Assembly: GCA_963777505.1 (NCBI GenBank) | Contig: CAVZQN010000008.1 | Location: 507,679-571,678 of the forward strand | Direction: 5' to 3' | DNA length: 64,000 nucleotides | DNA from: an uncultured bacterium | GTDB taxonomy: Bacteria; Acidobacteriota; HRBIN11; JAKEFK01 | Notes under the pieces: model-generated | What the model was told of the DNA's origin: nothing | Seen by the model: the letters and a program-made list of their open reading frames with translations, nothing else | Databases searched by the model: none | In this document: positions 35,277 through 46,392 of the stretch, piece after piece | How positions within the stretch are numbered: position 1 is the first letter of the stretch | Layout: the number at the start of each line of letters is the position of its first letter | Program-made: the position numbers and the translations under genes

Positions 35277-35373
35277 CTACGTAGGGCAAGTCGGTCTGAA
35301 ACGGTTCGGCGCCGGCAGGTCATTCTGCCGGCGCAAGTTTGCCTGGCCTTCGTTGATTGCGCGTGGTCTGCAT

Positions 35374-35739
35374 TCAGTGTTCCCGCGAACGCTCGGCTTC
35401 CCGCAGCAGGTCCAGCGGCCGCCAGGGTTTCGGCATGAAGGTCGCGCCGTGCGGCAGGTTCAGCGGACAGGTCGCCTGAGGTGATGACCACGTGGATGCC
35501 GGGATAATCTCTGCCGGGCAAGCCGGGCAAGGTCGATGCCGCTCATGTCGCCCGTGCAGGTGCACGTCGGCATAGATCATTGCGAGATCGCTTGCCGTTC
35601 TGTCTGCAGCACCAGCGCCGCGTCCTCGCCGCTGTCGCATTCGATCACCGTCATCTCGCACTCTTCCAGCAGCAGAGCCACCATCGCGCGCTGAATGTCG
35701 TCGTCCTCCACCACCAGCGACTGTCGGTCTGGCCTTCAT
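35374..35739 (-). CDS. single-domain response regulator (receiver; frameshifted)
   Basis: Reconstructed VLVVEDDDIQR...YADVHL...VVITSG...FMPKPW. Confidence 0.75.
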   Translation of the reverse strand: MKARPTVAGGGGRRHSARDGGSAAGRVRDDGDRMRQRRGRGAGAADRTASDLAMIYADVHLHGRHERHRPCPACPAEIIPASTWSSPQATCPLNLPHGATFMPKPWRPLDLLREAERSREH

Positions 35740-35973
35740 CGCGGGTGCCCCTCGGCTGTAGCGCCATGCGAATCAGGCGCGCTGAGACATCGACTTTCTG
35801 CTTCGCAAGGGCCTGCGATATCGGCAACGATACCCTTTTGGACGGATGAAATTGCCCAATCGGCACTTTTTCGGCCGAAAATTGAGCGATTTTTCTGTGA
35901 AAACTCACAGAAGGCCTGTTTTTCCCGGCTTTTTCGGCAATATGGTCGCCGTGCAGAATCACAAGGAGCACCC

Positions 35974-36273
35974 ATGGCTACCCAAATGTCCAAGTCGCAA
36001 CTGATCGAGACGATTGCGACCACCACCGAACTTTCCAAGCGCGACGTCAAGAACGTCATGGAGACGCTGCAGGACGTCGGTCACAAGGAACTGAAGAAGA
36101 GCGGCATCTTCCTGCTGCCGGGCTTCGCGAAGTTCGTTGTCGTCAAGAAGCCCGCGACCAAGGCGCGAAAGGGAACCAACCCGTTCACCGGCGAAGAGAT
36201 GATGTTCAAGGCGAAGCCCGCCCGGAAGATCGTCCGCGCGCGTCCGGTCAAGGCCGCCAAGGACGCAGTCTAA
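35974..36273 (+). CDS. HU-family DNA-binding protein
   Basis: MSKSQLIETIA...LPGFAKF...ARKGTNPFTGEEM...KPARKIVRARPVK, with an AGGAG RBS. Confidence 0.9.
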   Translation: MATQMSKSQLIETIATTTELSKRDVKNVMETLQDVGHKELKKSGIFLLPGFAKFVVVKKPATKARKGTNPFTGEEMMFKAKPARKIVRARPVKAAKDAV

Positions 36274-36299
36274 GCCGCGACATTCGCAGTCTCGCGATG

Positions 36300-36334
36300 A
36301 AGAGGCCCTCCGCTGTGAGGGCCTCTTTATTTTT
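36300..36334 (+). terminator. rho-independent terminator
   Basis: AAGAGGCCCTC-cgctgt-GAGGGCCTCTT followed by a T-rich tract, downstream of the HU gene. Confidence 0.8.
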
Positions 36335-36357
36335 GGCTGGCTTGTTTGGGCTGCCGG

Positions 36358-37159
36358 TCAGCCGCGCCGGACGCTGGCGCCGCCGTCCACCGGCAGCGTC
36401 ACGCCGGTGATGAAGCTTGCCTCGTCGGACGCAAGAAACAGCGCCGCGTTCGCCACGTCCCAGCCGGTGCCCATCTTCTTGCCCAGCGGCACCTTCGAGT
36501 CGCGCTCGGCCTCGACCTCGGCGCGGCTCTTGCCGAACTCACGCGCGCGCGTATCCACCGCCATCGGCGTGTTCATCAGTCCCGGCAGGATGACGTTGGC
36601 GCGGATGCCGTACTGCGCGTTCTGGTAGGCGAGCTGTTCGGTGAACGAAACCATCGCCGCCTTGGTCGCCTTGTAGGCGACGTAAGGGTAGGTGGTGATC
36701 ACCGCCATCGACGAGATGTTGATGATCACGCCGCTCTTCTGCGCTCGCATGATCGGGATCACGTGCTTGGCGGCCAGGATGCAGCTCTTCAGGTTGATGG
36801 CGACGCAGCGGTCGAACGCTTCCTCGGTGATCTTGTCGAGTTCGGCGTCGCCGCCGGCGAGGCTGACGCCGACATTGTTGTGCAGCACGTCGATGCGGCC
36901 CCAGCGGCTTGTTCGCTTCGTCGATCATCGCCTTGATCTCGGCGTTCTTCGTCACGTCGGCCTTGAAGGCGAGCGCGGTGCCCTGCTTCTCCGAAATCAT
37001 GTCGGCGGTTTCCTGCGCCGAGGCGAGATTGTGATCGACGCACAGGACCTTCGCGCCTTCGCGGGCGAATGTGAGGGCGGTGGCGCGGCCGTTGCCGACG
37101 CCTTCGCCGGGGCTCTGGCCGGCGCCGACGACGATGGCGACGCGATCTTTCAGGCGCAT
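36358..37159 (-). CDS. SDR family oxidoreductase (frameshifted)
   Basis: VVGAGQSPGEGVGNG, NNVG, NISS and YKATK (YxxxK). Confidence 0.9.
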
Positions 37160-37160
37160 G

Positions 37161-37715
37161 TCACTTCACTCCAGGCATCGGGTACTGCTGCAGTACCTCT
37201 TTGTAATAGGGCTCGTTGTCGATCTGCATGGTGGCGAGCACCCGCACGACCGCGCAGTAGAAGGCGATGGTGAGCACGAGGTCCACCATGTGTTCGTCCG
37301 ACAGCTCTTTCTTGATCTCTGCGAAGGTCGCCTCCGACATCGCCAGATTGCGCACCATTTCGCGCGCGCCCTTCAGCACGGCCTTGACCAGCGGTTCGAG
37401 GTTCGACGGCTTGCCGGCGGTTTCGGCGATCAGGCCCTCGATGTCCGCGTCGGTGACGCCGAATTCCTTGCCGATCTTCACGTGGTGGGTGAACTCGTAC
37501 TCCGATTTCTCGATCCAGCCGACCTGCAGGATGGCGAGCTCGCGCAGGCGCGTGTCGAGCTTGCTCTTGTTGCGGATGTAGCCGCCAAGGCCACTGAAGG
37601 CGCGCGCCATGTCCGGTGAGTTGACGAGCAGCTTGTGCAGGTTGGTGTTGCGGCTCAGCATGTCGCGGTATTGCTCGGCGACCTGGTGCGGTTCGAGATA
37701 GGGCAGGCGAGCCAT
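37161..37715 (-). CDS. carboxymuconolactone decarboxylase/AhpD-like protein
   Basis: MARLPYL...LRELAILQVG...YEFTHH...LVLTIAFY. Confidence 0.8.
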   Translation of the reverse strand: MARLPYLEPHQVAEQYRDMLSRNTNLHKLLVNSPDMARAFSGLGGYIRNKSKLDTRLRELAILQVGWIEKSEYEFTHHVKIGKEFGVTDADIEGLIAETAGKPSNLEPLVKAVLKGAREMVRNLAMSEATFAEIKKELSDEHMVDLVLTIAFYCAVVRVLATMQIDNEPYYKEVLQQYPMPGVK

Positions 37716-37738
37716 GGCTTTTCTCCTCCCGTTGTCGT

Positions 37739-38551
37739 TCAGTGCCCTTCGGAATCGCGTTCCGGGCCTTGCAGGGTGACGCCGCCGTCGACCACCAGCA
37801 CCTGGCCGGTGATGTAGCGGGCGTGACTGGACAGCAGAAACCGCACCGCGTGGCCGATGTCCCAGCCGGTGCCTTCGGTCTTCAGCACCGACGCCTTTGC
37901 GCGCTGGTTGCGCGCTTTTTCGCTCATGCCGCGGGCATAGACCATCGGCGTGTAGACCGGCCCCGGGCAGATGCAGTTGACGCGGATGTTGTCCTTGCCG
38001 TGATCGACCGCCATCGCCTGCGTCAGACCGATCACCGCCGCCTTCGACGTGGTGTAGGTGGTGAGCCCGCGCGGGCGCAGTGCCGAGATCGAGGAGATGT
38101 TGACGATCGCGCCACCCTTGGCGGTCGCGATCATCGCCGGGATGGCGTACTTCGACAAAAGGAACATCGTCTCGACGTTCACCTGCATCACCCGCCGGAA
38201 ATCGTCCGGTTTCTCGGCGACGACGCTGCCGCGGCTGCCGATGCCGATATTGTTGTCGAGGAAATCCAGCCGGCCGAAGCGTGCGACGGTCTTTTCCACC
38301 AGCTGCTTGCAATCGGCTTCCTGGGTGGCGTCGAAGCTTTCCGCTGCCGCCGTGCCGCCTTCGGCCGTGATCATCTCGACGGTGCGCTCGGCAAGCTTGA
38401 TGTCGCGGTCGGCCACCAGCACCTTGGTGCCGGCGCGAGCCAGGAGGATCGCCGCCGCACGACCGTTGCCGATGCCGTCGCCCGCCGCCCCGCCGCCGCT
38501 CAGGAGCGCGACCTTGCCGTCGAGTCCGGCGTCGTCTTCGGGACCCGTCAT
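37739..38551 (-). CDS. SDR family oxidoreductase
   Basis: SGGGAAGDGIGNG, NNIGI, NISS and YTTSK. Confidence 0.9.
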   Translation of the reverse strand: MTGPEDDAGLDGKVALLSGGGAAGDGIGNGRAAAILLARAGTKVLVADRDIKLAERTVEMITAEGGTAAAESFDATQEADCKQLVEKTVARFGRLDFLDNNIGIGSRGSVVAEKPDDFRRVMQVNVETMFLLSKYAIPAMIATAKGGAIVNISSISALRPRGLTTYTTSKAAVIGLTQAMAVDHGKDNIRVNCICPGPVYTPMVYARGMSEKARNQRAKASVLKTEGTGWDIGHAVRFLLSSHARYITGQVLVVDGGVTLQGPERDSEGH

Positions 38552-38707
38552 CGTGTTCCTCCCAATGCTGGCCGGCTGCTTATGGCCACTTTGCGCGCAT
38601 TAGGCGCGATTTCGCGCGCGGGGGCAATACGATTGCGCTGCAGATCCCATTGCTGAAATCAAATGACGCAAAAATGTCAGACGCTGCGCGAACACCTGCA
38701 GTGCCGC

Positions 38708-39245
38708 ATGCCTGACTACAAGACCCGTTCATCCGCTCCGCGCAGCGTGACGACATCCCCGCGTTGTCGTCACTGATCGTCGCTGCCCTTTCAGAGTACC
38801 TGCACAAGGCACCGGTTCATATCGTGAAGCCGCACATCGAAAGTTCGCGCGACATCGAAAACCAGTGGAGCAAGGGGCATGTGCTGGTTCTGGAACTCGC
38901 AGGTGAACCGGTCGGCGCAGCCGTCTACTACCGTGCCGAGCAACCCCACATGGGCCGTCGGACTGGGCCGGAATGGGTACGCTGGTCGTGTCTCCGGCGG
39001 CGCGCGGACGCGGCCTTTGCCGTACACTGGTGCGGCATTTCATCGAGCGCGCGAAGGCGGACGGTGCCCCGGCGCTCGGCCTGCGCACCAGGGCTACATG
39101 CAAAGCGCGATCCGCATCTACCAGACCGCGGGGGTTCGTTCGCTGTCCCGAGTACGATCTGTCGGGGTCGGGGGTTCTCGGCGTCGATGCCGCGCTGGGC
39201 GATGTCGCTCTCCTGGCCTACCGCCACGATCTTGCGGCTGGCTGA
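38708..39245 (+). CDS. GNAT N-acetyltransferase (frameshifted)
   Basis: IRSAQRDDIPAL, LVVSPAARGRGL and AIRIYQ..GF. Confidence 0.7.
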
Positions 39246-39254
39246 CCATAGGCT

Positions 39255-39864
39255 TCAGGGTTCGGTCGACCGAAACGGAGCCTCATCGGCAAGTTGCTTT
39301 GCGTGCGCTGCCAGGAGCGGAAACCGCGAGGCGGTGTCGATACCGAGGCCGACGCGTGCGAGCCGTTCCGCGACGAAGGCGGTGACGTCGGCCTGCGTGA
39401 GCCGTCCAAGCAACAGATAGGGTTCGGCCGGCGCCGCGAGCCGGTCGATTGCGGCCAGCGCTTCGGACGCCTGATGAAAGCAGTCGTCCCGCCAGGGCTG
39501 ATGCACCTTCTCCACCGGGCGGTGATTGCGCTCGTAGGCGGCAGCGAGCAGCTTGTCACAGGCGCCCATCATCAGCGCCGCCACGCGCAGCACGGCGCGC
39601 CGGTCTGCGCCGGCGGGCGGGGTCAGCGCGCGGTCGCGGCCGTGGACCTCGTCGAGGTGATCGATGATCGCGCCGCTGTCGACCAGCGCCTCGCCGTCGT
39701 CGAGCACGAGCGTCGGGATGCGGCCGAGCGGATTGTGGGCGCGAACGTCGCTGCGGTTGTCGAAGCCTGAGAGGGAGTGCTGCTCATAGGCGCAGGCCGT
39801 AGGCCTGCAAGGTGATCGCAACGCGTCGTGTGTAGGGCGACCTGTTCACACCGATGAGCAGCAT
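39255..39864 (-). CDS. glutathione S-transferase family protein (frameshifted)
   Basis: SPYTRRVAI, NPLGRIPTL, LVDSGAIIDHL and LTQADV. Confidence 0.85.
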
Positions 39865-40009
39865 CTGGCCTCCTTCGGTCCTGAAAGATCGGCCGCACGC
39901 GAAGCGATTCCGATGCTGCTTTCTAGGGAATTGGCTGCCGGACCTGCAAACGAGGATTTCTGGGGCTGGAAAACTTTGTGAAGGAAATCGTCTCCGAACC
40001 CGTTCCGAT

Positions 40010-40038
40010 TTGACTCCATACCAACTAGTCGGTATGTT
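40010..40038 (+). promoter_or_regulatory. sigma70-type promoter overlapped by a TetR operator palindrome
   Basis: TTGACT-N17-TATGTT, with the palindrome CATACCAACTAGTCGGTATG at 40017-40036. Confidence 0.65.
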
Positions 40039-40056
40039 AATTGAAAGGAGGCTCCG

Positions 40057-40673
40057 ATGCCCGAAACGCCCCATCAATCGAAGTCGAGGTTGCTCGACGC
40101 GACGCTGACGGTGGTGCGGCGAAAGGGTTATTCCGCAACCCGCGTCGAGGACGTCTGCGCCGAGGCCGGCGTGACTAAGGGCAGCTTCTTCCATCACTTC
40201 GACAGCAAGGATGAACTGGCGCTGGCCGCCGCCGAGCGCTGGCGCGAATTCGCCAACACGCTATTCGCGGAAGCCGACTACAACCGCATTGACGATCCGC
40301 TGGACCGCCTGCTCGGTTACATCGATCACCGCAGGTCGATGTTCGATGGCGACGTCGCCAAATACACCTGCTTCGCCGGCACGGTGATCCAGGAGGCGTA
40401 CGCGACGCATCCGCCGCTTCGCGACGCCTGTGCGCGGGCAATCGCCGACAACGCGGATTATCTTGCGCCGATGATCAGCGCCGCCATGCGCAAGTATCGC
40501 GTCAAGGGCAGCCTGGAGCGCCAAGGGGTTGGCGCTGCACACGCAAGGCGGTTCTGCAGGGTGCCTTTATTCTTGCGAAGGCGGGGCAGGTGAAGTTTGC
40601 GACCGAGAGCGTCGACCACCTTCGACGCTACATCGAATTGCTGTTCCGTGCAGAGAGGAGCCCACGCGCATGA
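40057..40673 (+). CDS. TetR/AcrR regulator (NemR-like; frameshifted near 3' end)
   Basis: GYSATRVEDVCAEAGVTKGSFFHHFDSKDEL HTH and TCFAG. Confidence 0.88.
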
Positions 40674-41890
40674 ATTTGTCCTATCGCTGGCTGCTGGTGG
40701 CTATCGGCGCGCTGATGACCTGTGTCGCGGTCGGCGCGATGTTCTCGCTCGCCGTGTTTCTGGAACCGATCGCGACGCAAACCGGCTGGTCGCGCACCGG
40801 CATCTCCAGCGCAATGACGCTGGATTTTCTGGCGATGGGCGTTGCGTCGTTCGGGTGGGGATGGGCCAGCGATCGCTTCGGCCCGCGTCCTGTGGTGCTC
40901 GCAGGTTCCGCGCTGCTCGGCCTTGGCCTCGTGCTTGCGAGCCGCGCGTCCTCGCTCACGGAATTCCAGCTGACCTACGGCATCCTCGTCGGAATCGCGT
41001 CGGGCGCCTTCTTCGCGCCGCTGATCTCGACCACCACCATGTGGTTCGACACCCATCGCAGTCTGGCGGTGTCGCTGGTCTCGGCCGGTGTCGGCGTTGC
41101 GCCGATGACGGTCTCTCCGTTCGCGCGCTGGCTGATCTCGAACTACGACTGGCAGTTCGCAATGATGGCGATCGGCATCGCCGCCTGGGTGCTGCTGATC
41201 CCGGCGGGCATGCTTGTGCGCAAACCCTCGGCCGTTACACCCGCTGCCGCGCCCGGTGCGGCGGCGGTCACGCCGGCGGGCGAGGGCGGCATGCCGCTCG
41301 CCGCGGCCTTCCGCTCACCGCAGTTCATCGTGCTGACGCTGACCTTTGCGCTGTGCTGTTCGGCGCATTCGGGCCCGATCTTCCACATGGTGAGTTACGC
41401 GATGATCTGCGGCATTCCGGCCATGGCCGCTGTCAGCATCTACAGCGTCGAGGGACTGGCGGGCCTGGGTGGACGTCTGCTGCTCGGCATTCTCGCCGAC
41501 CGCTTCGGTGTCAAGCGCGTGCTGATCGGCGGACTTCTCGTGCAGGCGCTGGCGATCGGCAGCTACCTTTTCATCAATCGTCTCGGCGAGTTCTACGCGA
41601 TCGCGATCGTGTTCGGCACGGCCTATGGCGGCGTGATGCCGCTCTATGCGGTGCTTGCGCGCGAGTATTTCGGCCAGGCGATCATGGGCACGATCCTCGG
41701 CGCGGCGACGATGGTGTCGTGCATGGGCATGGCGTTCGGGCCCTGGGCCGGCGGCTGGGTGTTCGACAATCTCGGCAGCTACGCCTGGCTCTATATCGGT
41801 TCGTTCGCCGTCGCCTTCGGCGCCGTGCTGATCGCGCTGGCCTTCCCGCCGCAGCCGTCGCGGATGGCGGCACAGTTGCAGGCCGTCTGA
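40670..41890 (+). CDS. MFS transporter
   Basis: About 12 TM helices with WGWASDRFGPR and GILADRFGVKR motifs. Confidence 0.9.
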   Translation: MNLSYRWLLVAIGALMTCVAVGAMFSLAVFLEPIATQTGWSRTGISSAMTLDFLAMGVASFGWGWASDRFGPRPVVLAGSALLGLGLVLASRASSLTEFQLTYGILVGIASGAFFAPLISTTTMWFDTHRSLAVSLVSAGVGVAPMTVSPFARWLISNYDWQFAMMAIGIAAWVLLIPAGMLVRKPSAVTPAAAPGAAAVTPAGEGGMPLAAAFRSPQFIVLTLTFALCCSAHSGPIFHMVSYAMICGIPAMAAVSIYSVEGLAGLGGRLLLGILADRFGVKRVLIGGLLVQALAIGSYLFINRLGEFYAIAIVFGTAYGGVMPLYAVLAREYFGQAIMGTILGAATMVSCMGMAFGPWAGGWVFDNLGSYAWLYIGSFAVAFGAVLIALAFPPQPSRMAAQLQAV

Positions 41891-41945
41891 CTTGCATGCT
41901 GCGCCCTGCGTTTATGCGCAAGGCGCAGCTGCGTGTCGAATGAGC

Positions 41946-42325
41946 CTAGCTTTTTTCGACGGCTCCACCGGCATCGAGCCAGCCCTTGAAGCCTCCGAGG
42001 TTGCGCACGTTGGTGAAGCCCATGTCCTTCAGCGTCTTGCCGACGAGGGCAGAACGGCCGCCGGAGGCACAGTACGCAACGACCGTCTTTGAACGGTCGA
42101 AGGCCTTGTCGTGCGCGGCGGATGCGGGGTCGGCGCGAAATTCGACCAGCCCTCGCGGGATGGCCACTGCGCCCGGCACCTTGCCTGAACTGGCGACTTC
42201 GGCCGGTTCGCGCACGTCGAGGAACAGAACGTCAGGTGCGACCGACCAGCGCCTTCGCCTCTTCCGGACGTGATGCGTGGCACGGCGGCGTCGGCTTCGG
42301 CGAGCATGGATTGAACTGTTTTCAT
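41946..42325 (-). CDS. rhodanese-like domain protein (frameshifted)
   Basis: LDVREPAE, GKVPGA, YCASGGRS and NLGGFKGW. Confidence 0.88.
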
Positions 42326-42440
42326 TGAAATGTCCTCCCGGTGGCTTGTTCTGGCTTCGTTCGCGACCAATATGGCACGATTGCGGCGAGGTTCAGCCCG
42401 CGCAGAAGTGAGTCGCTGCATGAAGGCCGACCGAGGCACT

Positions 42441-43198
42441 TCAGGTCACATCCACTGGCCGCCGTCCACCGTCAGCGTCTGCCCGGTGATCCAGGACGGC
42501 CTGGTCGCTGCAGAGAAACAGCGCGGCATTGGCGATCTCCTCCGGCTTGCCCATGCGGCCCCAGGGAATCGACTTCAGCGTGGCGTTGTAGAGCGTCGGA
42601 TTGTCTGTCTTGCGCTGGTCCCACACGCCGCCGGGAAACTCGATCGAGCCGGGCGCGATCGCGTTGACGCGAATGTTCTTCGGCACCAGCATCAGCGCCT
42701 GCGACATCGTGTAGTTGATGATCGCGGCCTTCACCGCGGCATAGGGCGCCGAGCGCGCGCTGGCGCCGTGGCCGGAGATCGAGGAAATGTTGAGGATCGC
42801 ACCGCGCGTCGCTCTTCTCGATGTGCGGGATCGCGGCGTGCGAGGCGCGCACGGTCGCCATCACGTCGATGTCGATGCTCTTCGCCCAGCCGGCTTCGTC
42901 GTCGCCCTGGCCGAAGCCCGACGCGTTGTTCACCAGGATGTCGATGCCGCCGAGCGCGGCTGCGGCGCGCGGCGACGTAGCGGTCGATCGCCGCCTTGTC
43001 GGCGAGGTCGCATTCGCCCGCATGCGCCTTGACGCCGTGCTTGCCGATCTCCGCCGCGGTTGCGTCGAGCGCGTCCTTGCCGCGCGCGCAGATCGAGACG
43101 TCGGCGCCGCAGGCCGCGAAGCCGAGCGCGATCGAGCGGCCGATGCCCTTGCTGCCGCCGGTGACGACGACCTTCTTGCCCTTGAAACTGATCTGCAT
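42441..43198 (-). CDS. SDR family oxidoreductase (frameshifted)
   Basis: VTGGSKGIG, ILVNNAS, YAAVK and VNAIAPG. Confidence 0.88.
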
Positions 43199-43322
43199 GG
43201 TGTTCCCTTCCTTCTGTCCGGCAGCGTTCTAGCAGGGGAGGCGGCCGCGGGCAAAGTTGAGTGCAGTCAGGCAAAGCCTGCGGGTTGACGATCCCGTGCC
43301 GATCGAAGGGCAAGGTCACGCC

Positions 43323-43481
43323 ATGCGCGTCAAGGCAAACAATCTTCAGCGGGCATTGATGCTGGCGTTCATGATTGGCGTCGGCCTGTGGAGCACGTGG
43401 CCGAACCGGCAATTGATGGCGGTGGTCGCTCTGATCGCAATCGTCGGCGGATTCTATCTCTTCAGGCCACGAAGCCAGTGA
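43323..43481 (+). CDS. small two-TM membrane protein (52 aa)
   Basis: MRVKANNLQRALMLAFMIGVGLWSTWPNRQLMAVVALIAIVGGFYLFRPRSQ. Confidence 0.5.
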   Translation: MRVKANNLQRALMLAFMIGVGLWSTWPNRQLMAVVALIAIVGGFYLFRPRSQ

Positions 43482-43495
43482 GCTAGCGGCTGGCA

Positions 43496-43612
43496 CTAGC
43501 GGCAGGACTTCTGGCGGGGATAATCGTCCCAGATCCAGCCGCACTTGGTGCAGCCGTTCAGCAGCAGACCGAGCGCCAGGATCGAAGCTACCAGTGCCAG
43601 ACGTTTACGCAT
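43496..43612 (-). CDS. small lipoprotein (38 aa)
   Basis: MRKRLALVASILALGLLLNG-CTKCGWIWDDYPRQKSCR*: basic n-region, hydrophobic h-region and LNGC lipobox. Confidence 0.7.
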   Translation of the reverse strand: MRKRLALVASILALGLLLNGCTKCGWIWDDYPRQKSCR

Positions 43613-43708
43613 ACATGTTCCCCGACGCCCGATCCAAGCATAGGCCACTTAACAAAGGCCCTACAATGGCAAAAGCCGGCAGGTGAGGCGGCCGGACGAC
43701 GAACTGCG

Positions 43709-44920
43709 CTAGCCCCGGCCGCTGTCGGGGCCGTGCCACCGTTGCACGGCAATCAGCGCAACCGTCCCCGCGCTGACCGCCATCGCAGCTCCGATCGCAA
43801 GCCCGGCATGCGCGCCGCCGCTTGCGACGATGAAGCCCATCACCACCGAACCGAGCGGACCGATCGCGTTGACGACGTAGCTGAACAGTCCGCCGACGCG
43901 GCCGTGCTCGGTGCTGTCGGTGCGGGTCAGGATGATGGCGTTGGTGCCGACGATCAGTCCGACGGCGCAACCGCCGGCGACCGCCATCAGCACCGCGACG
44001 GTGACGAGCTGTGTCTGAAAGTAGAGCGCAGCCTGCACGATGCCGACGCCGATCGCGCAGCCGAGCGTGCTGTTCACGGTCATTCCGCGCGAGGAGATGA
44101 TCAGCGAGGCGATCACCGCGCCGACGCCCATGCATGACATCAGCGTGCCGAAGGTCGTGGCGCCGCCGCCAAGCGCTGTTTCGGCAAAGACCGGCAGGAT
44201 CACGTTGAAGCTGAGCGGCAGCGTCGTCACGCAAAGAAGCACGATCAACAGTGTTGCGATCTGCCGGTGGCGCGCGACGATGCGAAGCCCCTCGCGCAGG
44301 TCTGCAATCGGGTCGAACTTTCTGGCGTCGCGTCGCGGCAGCGTCATGGTGAGAAAGTAGAGGCCGACGAGATTGATCGTCGATGTCATCACGTTCGGAA
44401 TGAAGCAGTAGCGGATACCCACCGTGCCGATGATGACGCCGGCGACCGACGGCGCGACGATGCGGCCGAGGCCGGAGAGGCTGGCGTTGAAGCCGAGCAT
44501 CTTCGTCAGGTCTTCGGTCGCAACGATCGCCGGAATCAGGCTCTGGCGTGCCGGCTGCTCGACGCACATCAAGAGGCTGCGCCAGACGCACGAAGCGAAG
44601 ATCGCGAACACGGTGAGATTTTCGGTCAGCGCCAGCGTGCAGAGCATCAGCGAATTGCTGGCGTAGCCGATCTGCGTCAGCAGCAGAATCCTTCGCTTGC
44701 CGTAGGTGTCGGCGACACCGACGCTGAACAGACCGAGGATCGCGTAGGGCCCCCATTGAAACAGGGCGATCAAACCGACCTGCGCGGCGGAGTTGGTCAG
44801 CGCGTAGACGACCCAGGTCAGCACCGTCGCCTGAAACCAGAATCCGAACGCGCCGACCGCGCTGACGCCGATCAACAACCGGTAGGTCTTGTTGGCGAGC
44901 AGCGACAGCGCGGCTTGCAT
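43709..44920 (-). CDS. MFS transporter
   Basis: Intact 403-aa multi-TM ORF with GVADTYGKRR and EQPARQSLIPAIV. Confidence 0.88.
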   Translation of the reverse strand: MQAALSLLANKTYRLLIGVSAVGAFGFWFQATVLTWVVYALTNSAAQVGLIALFQWGPYAILGLFSVGVADTYGKRRILLLTQIGYASNSLMLCTLALTENLTVFAIFASCVWRSLLMCVEQPARQSLIPAIVATEDLTKMLGFNASLSGLGRIVAPSVAGVIIGTVGIRYCFIPNVMTSTINLVGLYFLTMTLPRRDARKFDPIADLREGLRIVARHRQIATLLIVLLCVTTLPLSFNVILPVFAETALGGGATTFGTLMSCMGVGAVIASLIISSRGMTVNSTLGCAIGVGIVQAALYFQTQLVTVAVLMAVAGGCAVGLIVGTNAIILTRTDSTEHGRVGGLFSYVVNAIGPLGSVVMGFIVASGGAHAGLAIGAAMAVSAGTVALIAVQRWHGPDSGRG

Positions 44921-45071
44921 TGCGATTGATTACCACGGGCCGATTTTCGAGTCTCACCAGCCGGATTCGGCGATCCGGCCATGACGCTGGAGGGGTTTGC
45001 AGCTTCCGGATGGTTGGCTACGCTTGCGGTCGAGAAGAGGTCAAACCTCCCGTACCGTAGCGAGGAACGCC

Positions 45072-45897
45072 ATGAAAATCATCGACGCGCAGGTGCACAT
45101 CTGGGGAAAGACGGTGACGCCGCCGTCCGGCCTGCACCGCAAGGTCTCGCACTTCACCGCCGAGGAGTGCCTGAAGGAGATGGACGAGGCGGGCGTCGAT
45201 GCCGCGCTGATCCATCCGCCGGCCGGCTGGGATCCGGACTCGAATGCGCTGGCGATCGAGGCCGCGAAGAAGTATCCGACCCGCTACGCGATCATGGGCC
45301 AGTTTCCGCTGCAGAACCCGGACAACCGCAAGCTGATCCATGGCTGGCGCAACCAGCCGGGCATGATGGGCCTGCGCTGGGCGTTTCTGATCGGAGGAGC
45401 AGCAGAAATGGCTGTATGACGGCTCGGTCGACTGGCTGTGGCCGGCGGTCGAGAAGGAAGGGTTGCCGATCGCGATGATGGGCGGGCTGTTCCTGAAGAA
45501 GTTTCGCGAGATCGCCGAGCGCCATCCGGACATGAAGATGATCGTCGATCACTGCGGGCTGAACCGGCACGGCCAGGACGCCGAGGCCTTCATCCATCTC
45601 GACGAACTGGTGGCGCTGGCGAAACTGCCGAACGTCGCGTTGAAGGCGACCGGCGCGCCGCACTATTCCACGCAAGGCTATCCGTACCGCAACATCCAGG
45701 ACGGCCTGCACCGCATCTTCGATGCGTTCGGCCCGAAGCGCTTCTTCTGGGGCACCGACATCACCCGCATGCCGTGCTCCTGGCGCCAGTGCATCACCTT
45801 CTTCACCGAAGAGCTGCCGTGGCTGAAGGGCAAGGACCTTGAGGACGTGATGGGCCGCGGCCTGTGCGAGTGGATCGGCTGGGATTACAGATTCTAG
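45072..45897 (+). CDS. amidohydrolase family protein (frameshifted)
   Basis: IIDAQVHIW, IVDHCG and RFFWGTD. Confidence 0.85.
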
Positions 45898-45979
45898 CCG
45901 CTTCGCGTTGCCGAAATCGATCTGCTTCAGACGGTTGTGATGGCGTATAATGACGCTGCAGAGCCGCAGGGCGCCGATC

Positions 45980-46392
45980 ATGACAGCTGCGGACGGAGCA
46001 AAATCCGGTCATCGTCTTCGACGCGATGTGCGTGCTCTGTTCGGCCAACGCGCAGCTTGTGCTGCGGCATGACCGGCGGCACCATTTCCGCCTCACGTCG
46101 ATGCAGAGCGAGGTGGGAACGGCGCTCTACCGGCGCTTCGGCATGGACCCTGCCGATCCGGACAGCCTCATCGTCGTGTCCGGTGACGACTGTGCGCGCG
46201 ACAGCGACGCGATTCTGACGATCTATTCCGCGCTCGGCTGGCCGTGGCGCGCGATGGCCGTCTTCCGCCTGGTGCCGAAGTTCGTGCGCGATCCCGCTCT
46301 ATCGCTGGCTCGCGCGCAACCGCTACCGGCTGTTCGGACAGCGCGAGACGTGCTGGATGCCGACGGCCGAGCAGAAGAGGTACGTCCTCTGA
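45980..46392 (+). CDS. DCC1-like thiol-disulfide oxidoreductase (DUF393; frameshifted)
   Basis: VIVFDAMCVLCS (DxxCxxC), RDSDAIL and ARNRYRLFG. Confidence 0.82.
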
